From the IMG/VR virus record IMGVR_UViG_3300046171_000008, positions 1 to 54,923 of that record: a stretch of DNA of 54,923 nt, one strand, 5' to 3'. This DNA comes from a virus. Its lineage: Duplodnaviria; Caudoviricetes. The notes under the pieces are model-generated. The model was not told the DNA's origin and made no database searches. It saw only the letters and a program-made list of their open reading frames with translations. Positions 47,441 to 54,923 of the stretch are shown piece by piece. Both the position numbers and the translations under genes were made by a program. The stretch's first letter is position 1. Every line of letters starts with the position of its first letter.

Positions 47441-48273
47441 TATGCCGCTACCGCCAGTGACTTGAACACAGGGCTTTCAACCCAGCCAGCTACTTCAACT
47501 TCACGCATGAACAATGACTTAGCTTGTGTGTCATTGCCAGTGTTACGCTGAGTAAAACCATTGCGTTCATCTGCATAGGTAGCGTAATTGGTGAAGGCAG
47601 AGTACAGTGACCACAGGTTGCGTCCACGTGTGGCTACCTCTTGGTTATATAAGATGTTCATCTTCTCTGCCTTGCGATCAGACTTGAGCAGTGTTTCAAG
47701 CATAGCCTTAACATCCACATTGACTAGGCTAGTGTTTGCCCAGCGTTGCATCTGTTCTGCCTGTGCAGTGAAGTCCTGCTGAGACTTGTGCAGTTCAGTG
47801 ATGAACTTTTCTATGTTGAAACCACTGGTGTTCTTACGCATCACCTTGTCATGCTTGCCACGTATCTGCCCATTGAGACAGAAAAAGTCGATAGCACCAA
47901 AGATAGTGACGTTAGAACACGTGCCATTTACCCCATGCAGGGCAATGATACGTTGTGCCACAGTAGTCTCGTGTTTGTCAGTGATGATCTTGGCATTCAC
48001 GTTGGGCAGTGTCATGTCCATCATGGCCCAGCCATTCTTGTGGGCATCACGCCACTTTATCTCAGCACCAGCCATGTCGTACTCCGACAGGCTTTCTGTA
48101 GCGGTGGTCATTACGTCACGAAAGAAGTCACCATGTGAGGCACAGGTAAAGCCGTTACCAACAATTCCAATGTACTCATCTGTGGTGGCATTGATGACGT
48201 ATTTCTTGTCGTCAACTTTGGTTGGCTCAAACCGAACATCAAAGTCGAGATTCTCAGGGATATATTCAAGCAT
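47440..48273 (-). CDS. DUF932-family protein
   Basis: GIVG..F...SH, C.NG, LWSLYSAFTNYAT. Confidence 0.7.
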   Translation of the reverse strand: MLEYIPENLDFDVRFEPTKVDDKKYVINATTDEYIGIVGNGFTCASHGDFFRDVMTTATESLSEYDMAGAEIKWRDAHKNGWAMMDMTLPNVNAKIITDKHETTVAQRIIALHGVNGTCSNVTIFGAIDFFCLNGQIRGKHDKVMRKNTSGFNIEKFITELHKSQQDFTAQAEQMQRWANTSLVNVDVKAMLETLLKSDRKAEKMNILYNQEVATRGRNLWSLYSAFTNYATYADERNGFTQRNTGNDTQAKSLFMREVEVAGWVESPVFKSLAVAA

Positions 48274-48308
48274 AGGTATTCTCCTTTCCTATCGTTAAGG
48301 TATGTCGT

Positions 48309-48337
48309 GTTATATCACTAGCTAGACGTAATGTCAA
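48309..48337 (-). promoter_or_regulatory. Sigma70 promoter
   Basis: Minus strand TTGACA-17 nt-TATAAC with extended TG. Confidence 0.75.
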
Positions 48338-48386
48338 CAGCCAATAGTATAACAAAAATAAATAGTCCTAGTAGTATGTCCATGTA

Positions 48387-48806
48387 TTACTCCCATCTGT
48401 AAAATATGTGTTGTCCTATTTGTACAACTGGTGTTTTAGTTTCTGCCCACTCAGGCAGAACGTATGTGGCGTGATAATGTGTCGCACCTTCCACAAAGTC
48501 ATCTAGGTTGCCATAGTATACACCATGAGCAATCATCAAAGCCTTTTCATAGGCTTCTGTATCTGGTGTATTGTCTGACTTGCCATCACAGTACCAACTA
48601 AACTGGCAACGATGACGCACAGGGAAGTCAGGACGCCATGAGTATGTCGGGCCTTGCATGACCACACCACACACGTCATCAGGATACCTGTCATCAGCCA
48701 CACGGTTCATCACCACTTGGGCTACCGCAACCTGCCCAATAAAGGGCTGGTCACGGGCCTCATGGTACACGTTGAGTGCTAGGCAAACAAGTGCTTCTGC
48801 AACCAT
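48387..48806 (-). CDS. SleB-like cell wall hydrolase (Hydrolase_2)
   Basis: CLALNVYHEAR...GQVAVAQVVMNRV...CQFSW...GATHYHA...IGQHIFY. Confidence 0.9.
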   Translation of the reverse strand: MVAEALVCLALNVYHEARDQPFIGQVAVAQVVMNRVADDRYPDDVCGVVMQGPTYSWRPDFPVRHRCQFSWYCDGKSDNTPDTEAYEKALMIAHGVYYGNLDDFVEGATHYHATYVLPEWAETKTPVVQIGQHIFYRWE

Positions 48807-49057
48807 CAGTCTGCGTCCTCATCCCACTGATAATCTACGTACCAGTTTCTTGAAAAATCTTCATTACTTGGTTGGACTAGACCGAAACGCCTAGCAAGAA
48901 AATCATCAGCACCATCTAGTTCACGAATGGTATCGTAGTCAATAGGTGCTTTGTCAGATGTATGAGTGTTAAAGTCTTTGATAGCATTGACGATGCTACG
49001 TAGACGTTCAATCTCATGGCCTTCTAGTTTTATCTTACACTTTTTACTTTTTAGCAT
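48806..49057 (-). CDS. Hypothetical early protein
   Basis: ORF with GAGGAG RBS; coupled to the downstream gene. Confidence 0.6.
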   Translation of the reverse strand: MLKSKKCKIKLEGHEIERLRSIVNAIKDFNTHTSDKAPIDYDTIRELDGADDFLARRFGLVQPSNEDFSRNWYVDYQWDEDAD

Positions 49058-49194
49058 TGTCTAACTCCTCTACCAGTTTAGTTGCGTTGTCATATAGCAC
49101 ATTACGTGCCGTGATTAGATGCCCACAGTCTTGTGGCTCTATGATGCTATCAAGATAAGCTATCTCATCCATCAAAGCAATAACGTGTTTAGCA

Positions 49195-49398
49195 CTACTG
49201 CGTCTTTGTTTTAGTGTGTTCATGGTTGAACTCCTCTTTCAAAATGTACATCCTGATATCGTGTGCCTTATCTTCTAGTAGATAGGCAAGTTCACTAGCA
49301 TAGTCCTCATCACTACATCTGAACCAGTCGGCCCAATGTTCTAATGAACCAACATATGCTCTAAGGTTCTTCTTTATCTCATCATCATACATTAGCAT
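49195..49398 (-). CDS. Hypothetical early protein
   Basis: 67-aa ORF with GAGGAG RBS. Confidence 0.55.
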   Translation of the reverse strand: MLMYDDEIKKNLRAYVGSLEHWADWFRCSDEDYASELAYLLEDKAHDIRMYILKEEFNHEHTKTKTQ

Positions 49399-49570
49399 AC
49401 TCCTCTAACTCATGTGCCTCTATACATTCAGCAGTGCCAATGTGTCCACCTGTCAGGTTTGTCCACTCCGAATAGGCATTAGCCTCTGCCTCTGCCAGTG
49501 ACCCACCTGATACAATTACCCTGCGTTCCACTGAACCTATTACTAGCACTGAATATGTTTTCTTACTCAT
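49385..49570 (-). CDS. Hypothetical early protein
   Basis: TYSV.V...S.AEAE..A pattern common in small phage early proteins. Confidence 0.55.
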   Translation of the reverse strand: MSKKTYSVLVIGSVERRVIVSGGSLAEAEANAYSEWTNLTGGHIGTAECIEAHELEEYANV

Positions 49571-49730
49571 CTTTCATCTCCTGTATTACTACATCTTCTG
49601 CGGTTGAAATTGCACCAGCTATACGAAACCAGCTATCATCAGGTTCGTAACTGCTGTTCATACAAATGTCGTATAACTTTGTTAGTTCTTCTAAAACCTC
49701 TGCCTTTGTCAGTTCCTCGTTATCAGTCAT
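49563..49730 (-). CDS. Hypothetical early protein
   Basis: MTDNEELTK...; GGAGG RBS. Confidence 0.55.
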   Translation of the reverse strand: MTDNEELTKAEVLEELTKLYDICMNSSYEPDDSWFRIAGAISTAEDVVIQEMKDE

Positions 49731-49864
49731 TTCACATAAACCTCCCAATCAATCCGATTATAAAGTGATACAACATCCAGCCTATGCTGGCCCATATACA
49801 CGCAAACAAAAACATCTCAATTCCGTCATGCGTGAGGTAGTAGTGCCTTGCTTTGTGCCAGTAT

Positions 49865-50167
49865 CTATTCATGCTCACCTCCATTGCCTCTACCTAAACC
49901 ACCAAAGTATTGGGGCTTACGCTTGGCTGTCTCAAACACACCTGCCGTGATGAACACGCCAGCTATCAACAGGGCATGGGCTATGGCACTGATGCCAAAC
50001 ACTACGATGCTACCCATCCACATACTAAAGATGATACACCACATCCACGCCAGCATCTGCATTACCAGATGCCGTGTGTTGTTGTCAGGTATGTGGCGCA
50101 GTGGATTGTACCGACTGTCCATGATTAGGTTGTATGCATTAATCATCGTCATCTCCCATGATGTCAT
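49865..50167 (-). CDS. Conserved marine-phage membrane protein
   Basis: MDSRYNPLRHIPD...MQMLAWMWCIIFS; two TM segments. Confidence 0.65.
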   Translation of the reverse strand: MTSWEMTMINAYNLIMDSRYNPLRHIPDNNTRHLVMQMLAWMWCIIFSMWMGSIVVFGISAIAHALLIAGVFITAGVFETAKRKPQYFGGLGRGNGGEHE

Positions 50168-50369
50168 CTAGTGTGTGTGTGGCTGTACTCATGCACTTCT
50201 CATGTTCATCCTGTTCAAGACGAAACTTAATTGCTTCCCACTGGTCAACAATGGTGTGCCACAGTTCTGGGTTTTCATCACGCAGTTCAGTCTTGGTGTG
50301 GAAAATCTCTATGTAATCCTCACGCATCTGGTGCATCTGCATTCTCTCTTCTTTTGTGAGCCATGTCAT
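50139..50369 (-). CDS. Hypothetical early protein
   Basis: 76-aa ORF abutting the upstream stop. Confidence 0.55.
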   Translation of the reverse strand: MTWLTKEERMQMHQMREDYIEIFHTKTELRDENPELWHTIVDQWEAIKFRLEQDEHEKCMSTATHTLDDIMGDDDD

Positions 50370-50774
50370 TTAGTATGCCCACCCATCCAAATCGTATTCA
50401 TCATCACCTCCTGATTCATACCCATCAACAGCATTACCTTCTTCATCAAAGTAAATATGACCAAAACCTGAATAGGCTTCCATCATTACTGACCTATTTT
50501 CTTTTTTGTTTATGTAATTTGCGTGTTCTTCTGCCTCTTCTTCTGTATCAAAGTAATCTTTGTCAAGACCATCATTTACAAAGTAGTAAGTCTCCGCACA
50601 GACATGGGCATCACTCCAATCTTCAGCATCTATCTCCTGCTTAGAGCATGATTGTTCCAGCCATTTATCCATAGAGTTATCATCATTATTGTTTACTTCA
50701 TCCCAAAAGTTTTTAACAGCTTGTTCTTTGTTGTCAGCCTCACAATCCATTGTGTAGGTGCGAGTGATGTTAAA
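50370..50774 (-). CDS. Acidic early protein
   Basis: Very D/E-rich; coding frame of ORF 50370..50795, start probably at 50795. Confidence 0.55.
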   Translation of the reverse strand, partial: FNITRTYTMDCEADNKEQAVKNFWDEVNNNDDNSMDKWLEQSCSKQEIDAEDWSDAHVCAETYYFVNDGLDKDYFDTEEEAEEHANYINKKENRSVMMEAYSGFGHIYFDEEGNAVDGYESGGDDEYDLDGWAY

Positions 50775-50849
50775 TTCTACTGTGTACTGTGTCATGGGTA
50801 TCTCCTGTCTCTGTGTAATGGGGTGGCCTGTGTGACCACCCCTATAGTG

Positions 50850-51266
50850 CTAGGCGGCTTTGCGTCCACCAGCTTTTTTAGCCAAGTTCCAAGACTTGAT
50901 ATCAATACCACCGACTTCGATGATGACACCATTGCGCTTGTTCTTGTCTTTCTTGATAAGGCGGTTGCGGCGCACCTCTTTGCCAAGTTCGCGGTGCATC
51001 TGGGCAAGCATGATACCCCCTACATCACACACCATGTACTGCAGGTAGCCACCTACGTCTGACTTACCTTCAACGGCAACCTCATGGCACTTCTTGAAAA
51101 AGGCAGTGCGGTTGAGATTGCGACCATGCAATTCCTTGAACAGAGGCTCTACACGGGCCAGCTTGGCCTCAATCTGTGGATTGGCAAAGAACTGCCCCCA
51201 AAGACCAGACTGACGCTTGTGAAGTGTACCTGCTGGGATTGCATTCTCGTTGTAGAAAGTTGTCAT
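50850..51266 (-). CDS. Hypothetical early protein
   Basis: 138 aa; strong AAGGAG RBS. Confidence 0.7.
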   Translation of the reverse strand: MTTFYNENAIPAGTLHKRQSGLWGQFFANPQIEAKLARVEPLFKELHGRNLNRTAFFKKCHEVAVEGKSDVGGYLQYMVCDVGGIMLAQMHRELGKEVRRNRLIKKDKNKRNGVIIEVGGIDIKSWNLAKKAGGRKAA

Positions 51267-51301
51267 AATAATATCTCCTTTATGTTGGTTGGTTGGTATA
51301 T

Positions 51302-51448
51302 TTATGCGGCATCCCGCACAAATTGTTTAGCCTTGCGGCCCGTCTTACGGTTAAGTGTCTTTGTCTTACCCGCACTACGAAAGTGGTCACGTGAACTAGG
51401 CTTACGCTCAGTCTTTACGTTCTTCATTGGTTCGATCTTTACTTGCAT
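51302..51448 (-). CDS. 48-aa basic peptide (absent from the ORF track)
   Basis: MQVKIEPMKNVKTERKPSSRDHF...RKAKQFVRDAA. Confidence 0.5.
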   Translation of the reverse strand: MQVKIEPMKNVKTERKPSSRDHFRSAGKTKTLNRKTGRKAKQFVRDAA

Positions 51449-51554
51449 TGTCTTTATCCTTTTTTCTGTTGTACTTGGTTTTGTCAGGCACTACCATAGA
51501 CCGTCTACGATTGGTCTGCAATAGCGACTTGGCTACAGGGTTTATCTTACGCAT
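51408..51554 (-). CDS. 48-aa basic peptide with NPVAK...KY.RK pattern (absent from the ORF track)
   Basis: MRKINPVAKSLLQTNRRRSMVVPDKTKYNRKK... Confidence 0.55.
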   Translation of the reverse strand: MRKINPVAKSLLQTNRRRSMVVPDKTKYNRKKDKDNASKDRTNEERKD

Positions 51555-51717
51555 TTTAACAGCTTTGTCAAGGCGTACAGGAAGCCCACGATAAACATTG
51601 TGAACAGCCCTGTCTCAAGTGGCACGTAGTATATCAACTCAGGCACTACGATAGCCAGACCCACTGTTGATGCAATTAAACACATAAGATAGCCCATAAG
51701 ATTTGATCTAGTCATTT

Positions 51718-52101
51718 TCATTCTCCCTGTACTTTATGCCCAATTGCATGGGCAGCTTGGTGGTAATATCGGGGTGCCTCTGCCCCATCAAAAAAGGCCT
51801 TCACGTCTATGCGATTGACAGTCTCCCAGATGAACTCCCTATAGTCCTCACTTAAATCAGCCAACTTGGCTTCCCACTCTGCCTGTGTCTCCACGTCTGT
51901 AGGTATTTCCTTGAGGCCAATACTGTTGACAGCAAAGGTAGCCATGACAAACGCCATTGCATCTGCTGGTCTGTCAACACCTGATACAAGGTATGTGTCA
52001 CCACCCTTGAACTTCCAATAGGCATTGCCACTGGCAAACCTGCCGTCCTCACTATGTGCGCCATAGTTTTCTAAAGTCTGCATGTGTACTGCGTAAGTCA
52101 T
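51718..52101 (-). CDS. Conserved early protein
   Basis: Q.LENYGAH...YWKFKGG.TY motif; AGGAG RBS. Confidence 0.7.
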   Translation of the reverse strand: MTYAVHMQTLENYGAHSEDGRFASGNAYWKFKGGDTYLVSGVDRPADAMAFVMATFAVNSIGLKEIPTDVETQAEWEAKLADLSEDYREFIWETVNRIDVKAFFDGAEAPRYYHQAAHAIGHKVQGE

Positions 52102-52136
52102 TAGTCTCTCCTGTCAAAATATTTACCAGTAAATTT

Positions 52137-52865
52137 TTATGCCGTAGCATAATGCTTAGAGCCAGTGCCATGCACCACAATGGCGATAGACTTGGCATTG
52201 ATGGTATTACCACTGCACAGCTTACACTTGTCGCACGTGGTACGCTTGCCAGCTTCCTCTGATGCAGGACAGGCAATCTCTTTGCCCTGCACAATATCAT
52301 TGACATTGGTGGTAACACGGAACGTGCGTTCACCCCTAGCCCATGCCTCTTGCGCTTCCTCTAGCGTGTCAGCACTACGCATTGTCAAGTCAGGCCGATA
52401 GTCTGCACCTTCAAGTGTAGCTTGGTGACTGTAGCCTGTACGACCTTCAGACTTAGATATGAGACTGTCCCATATGTAGCCATGCACAGCCGCAGGGTCA
52501 CCATAGCTGCCTAGTCGTATGACTAGCCCAGCACCTACGTCAGCAATAGCGTCATGCCCTTCTATGCGTCTGTAATTGCCCTTTTTGTATGACTTGAATA
52601 CAGACAGCACCATAAGCAACATGACATAGCATGATCGTTTCTTGGCACCACCACTGTCACCATCATGCGGCACACCACGATGAACACAGTTACCACACAC
52701 ACTGAAATCTTCACCCTGTCTGCTGGCAGTGATAGGGTCAATGTCAGACCGCATGATGATGGTTTGAAACATACCACCAGTTTTGCTGTTGCTAGACTTG
52801 GGGATACCAATAACCACAATGGGCTTGTTATCCAATAGTGATGGTCCTTCGTAAATGATATACAT
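52137..52865 (-). CDS. Cys-rich putative Fe-S protein (DUF7227/radical-SAM-like suspected)
   Basis: NSKTG, CGNC.H...SCYV, RLGSYGDP, TGYSHQ, CPA...TCDKCKLC; start at MYIIYEG after a GGAG RBS. Confidence 0.6.
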   Translation of the reverse strand: MYIIYEGPSLLDNKPIVVIGIPKSSNSKTGGMFQTIIMRSDIDPITASRQGEDFSVCGNCVHRGVPHDGDSGGAKKRSCYVMLLMVLSVFKSYKKGNYRRIEGHDAIADVGAGLVIRLGSYGDPAAVHGYIWDSLISKSEGRTGYSHQATLEGADYRPDLTMRSADTLEEAQEAWARGERTFRVTTNVNDIVQGKEIACPASEEAGKRTTCDKCKLCSGNTINAKSIAIVVHGTGSKHYATA

Positions 52866-52926
52866 TGTCTTGTCTCCGTGTTGGGGTGATAAATATTTAC
52901 CAGTAAATTTTTCGCCCATGTTTTGC

Positions 52927-52985
52927 TGAAAATTTGAAGATTCTCAACCTTTATTTATACTAGCAAAAACAATTGTTTGTGTCAA
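52927..52985 (-). promoter_or_regulatory. Early promoter cassette, copy 1
   Basis: TTGACA-17 nt-TAGTAT; 40 bp (52927-52966) identical to 53273-53312. Confidence 0.85.
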
Positions 52986-52992
52986 TAGCCAC

Positions 52993-53217
52993 TCAAAGAG
53001 TTTCCAGCCACGCCTCAAAATCTGAAACAGAACGCTTCACACGTTCCTGCTCACACCACGCACGAATATCATCAGGTGCCTTGAATACACCCACGTTGTA
53101 GATATGTGTGTGACGCAACTCGCGCTCCCTGTTTTCATCAGGCGCATCAGGCCACGCACTGCGTAATCTTTTAGGTGCTTGTACGGTGGCACTGCCGTTA
53201 TCCCAAACCAGTTTCAT
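52993..53217 (-). CDS. Hypothetical early protein
   Basis: 74 aa; GGAG RBS; own promoter cassette. Confidence 0.65.
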   Translation of the reverse strand: MKLVWDNGSATVQAPKRLRSAWPDAPDENRERELRHTHIYNVGVFKAPDDIRAWCEQERVKRSVSDFEAWLETL

Positions 53218-53272
53218 TTTGTAACTCCAATCCGTTGTCTAAATATTTACCAGTAAATTTTTGTACCCACGT

Positions 53273-53331
53273 TGAAAATTTGAAGATTCTCAACCTTTAT
53301 TTATACTAGCAATTCCCCACATATATGTCAA
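53273..53331 (-). promoter_or_regulatory. Early promoter cassette, copy 2
   Basis: TTGACA-17 nt-TAGTAT plus the same 40-bp block. Confidence 0.85.
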
Positions 53332-53474
53332 CCCTACCCCAAAAAAACCACCACCCCACCTCCGATAGTAATGACAGGCGGTCAAAATATTTACCAGTAA
53401 ATTTTTAGCCCACGCCCACAGCACCGCACCACCACCCCACCACCATAGGATAGTACCCGCCAAAATGCAGACAC

Positions 53475-53503
53475 AAAAAAACCCCCGCCATTTCTGGCAG
53501 GGG
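53475..53503 (-). terminator. Rho-independent terminator after the first early gene
   Basis: Minus strand CCCCTGCCA-GAAA-TGGCGGGG followed by G and T7. Confidence 0.85.
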
Positions 53504-53522
53504 CTTGTGGGTTGCGGTGGTG

Positions 53523-54284
53523 TTAGGCTGTTTTCTTGATTTTGCTTTCTTGCGCGGCTTGCCATGCTTTGGCGGTAATTCCTGCGGTTTTCAGAAATTC
53601 TTTTTCCATGGCATTTTGCAATGCTGCAAGAATGGTTTTTGCGGTAAATGCGTCAATATCGCCAGACTGAGCTTTTGCGATTGCAGCCGCATATTGGCCG
53701 ACAAATTCAGACGCTGGCGGGGTTGCGTTTTCTGGCGTGGCATCATTGCCGCCATTGTCGCTGTCGCTGTCGCCATTGTCGCTGTCGCTGTCGTTTTTAG
53801 GCGTATTCTTTTTGATAGCATTCGCAAGGGACCGGACGTTAAACAATTTCGCAATTTTCTTGGCGTTTTTTTCATCCGCATAATATGCCGCGCAACCATC
53901 TTTTGATACTTCCGCACCATCCTTAAATTGTTTGATAGCATTCAAAATGACAGCAACCCGCAAGTCATATAACGCGGTCATTCCTTCCTTATCCATCAAA
54001 CGCTTATACAGCGCGTTGTCTTTGGTGCCAGCTTTTCCTTTCGTATAGCTATGGCCAGAAATAGGGCATTTATAACCGCTCTTGCCTACGTCTACAGGAC
54101 GCAAGCTATCAGCATGGCATAGGGCTTCAGCATTCGCGATTGCGTTAAATTCGGCATATGGGTTAACCAAAAGGCCAGCATTTTGCGCGGCGCGGTTTTC
54201 AATTTCTGGTGCCACAAAATTTGTTTCAACAAAAGCAATGGCATTTTCAAGAGTGATAACAGACATGGTATATATCCTTTTCAA
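53523..54284 (-). CDS. First early gene, unknown function (start possibly 54266)
   Basis: 253-aa Ala/Lys-rich ORF with an acidic DSDSDNG linker and its own terminator. Confidence 0.7.
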   Translation of the reverse strand: MKRIYTMSVITLENAIAFVETNFVAPEIENRAAQNAGLLVNPYAEFNAIANAEALCHADSLRPVDVGKSGYKCPISGHSYTKGKAGTKDNALYKRLMDKEGMTALYDLRVAVILNAIKQFKDGAEVSKDGCAAYYADEKNAKKIAKLFNVRSLANAIKKNTPKNDSDSDNGDSDSDNGGNDATPENATPPASEFVGQYAAAIAKAQSGDIDAFTAKTILAALQNAMEKEFLKTAGITAKAWQAAQESKIKKTA

Positions 54285-54674
54285 TTCTGGCGAATGGCCG
54301 CCAGTAGGCCTCCGATCATTTTGATCGTTCTTTTAGTATACTGATTATTTCGCATGAATAAAGCCCTAAAATGAATGGGGGCGAAATATTTACCAGTAAA
54401 TTTTTAGACCAGTTTTAGGGCTGTTTTTGGCTCTATATATGGGGCTGTTTTGCTATATCGTCTGCAACGTAGGGTGGAAGCCAAAAATGCGTCTAGCATG
54501 GTTTGTGATAGGTTATAGCTGATATAAGTAAAAGCCCGCCAGTGGGGCTTAAAACGCGATTAAGGGCATGTTGCCTATATGCCACAACACATATGCCACA
54601 CTGTTGCATATATGTCACACCGGATAGTAGTTGCGAATCATTCGCAAGTAGGGGGTATGGTGTGTGAAAACGTA

Positions 54675-54923
54675 CACCGCCGTTATGTTATAACATTACA
54701 TTCTTACAGTCTGGCATTCATGTTGCGGGTGGATATCGTCAAAGCATAGGTGATGCCTTGCCGGTATTGCCGCGCATGGGGTGAAAATTGGCGGTTTTGC
54801 TAGGGTTTTGAGGCATTTTATTTGCTGGCAACGCCAGACATGCCTTTGATTTTTGCCAATTCTGGCAAATCTATCACGACATGCGACCCCGGCAGGGGCC
54901 ACACCCCCGTAGGTAGTACGTAT
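54675..54923. repeat. Right direct terminal repeat (249 bp)
   Basis: Identical to 1..249. Confidence 0.95.

Larger units (their letters stand above)
52117..54405. repeat. Five exact copies of the 22-bp dyad AAATATTTACCAGTAAATTTTT
   Basis: 52117-52138, 52891-52912, 53241-53262, 53385-53406, 54384-54405; all in the same orientation. Confidence 0.95.

Noticed and set aside
8245-48298. Many antisense or nested ORFs in the track (e.g. 8245..8691, 9444..9911, 33220..33738, 47786..48298)
   Set aside because: They shadow well-supported genes and lack RBSs or motifs.
52117-54405. 22-bp repeats as a CRISPR array
   Set aside because: Spacing is irregular (144-999 bp) with genes in between, and there is no cas operon. 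The Cas4-like nuclease sits in the replication module.
1-54923. Phage RNA polymerase, tRNA genes, CI-like repressor, alternative genetic code
   Set aside because: None recognisable by eye; standard-code ORFs tile both arms and promoters are sigma70-type. A tRNAscan run would be needed to exclude tRNAs formally.

Overview
The window looks like a complete ~54.9-kb linear genome of a marine podovirus, bounded by an exact 249-bp direct terminal repeat (1..249 = 54675..54923). Gene content and order match HMO-2011-type phages of SAR116/Roseobacter-like Alphaproteobacteria: family A DNA polymerase with a DnaJ-like zinc-finger insert, tyrosine integrase beside primase, class II RNR, MazG, and no RNA polymerase. 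The + arm (600..35347) has small basic proteins, lysis genes, terminase, portal, scaffold, capsid, tail, a modular fibre island and internal virion proteins. The - arm (35365..54284) has replication, nucleotide-metabolism and early genes. The arms converge on a bidirectional terminator. Three observations stand out. (1) A hydrophobic-x-x-Gly-Gly tag recurs in 9 late proteins, and a protein with a lambda-gpH-like 'GEFV' domain sits in the prohead-protease slot, suggesting an undescribed GG-directed maturation or cargo-sorting system. (2) The non-coding genome ends carry a dense set of dyads resembling host regulator sites (Zur, Fur, NtrC x2, CtrA, NrdR). (3) An exact 22-bp motif occurs five times among the earliest genes. 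Integrase and the primase 5' end are heavily frameshifted, probably from local sequence error. Family and consensus assignments are from recalled motifs, not database searches.
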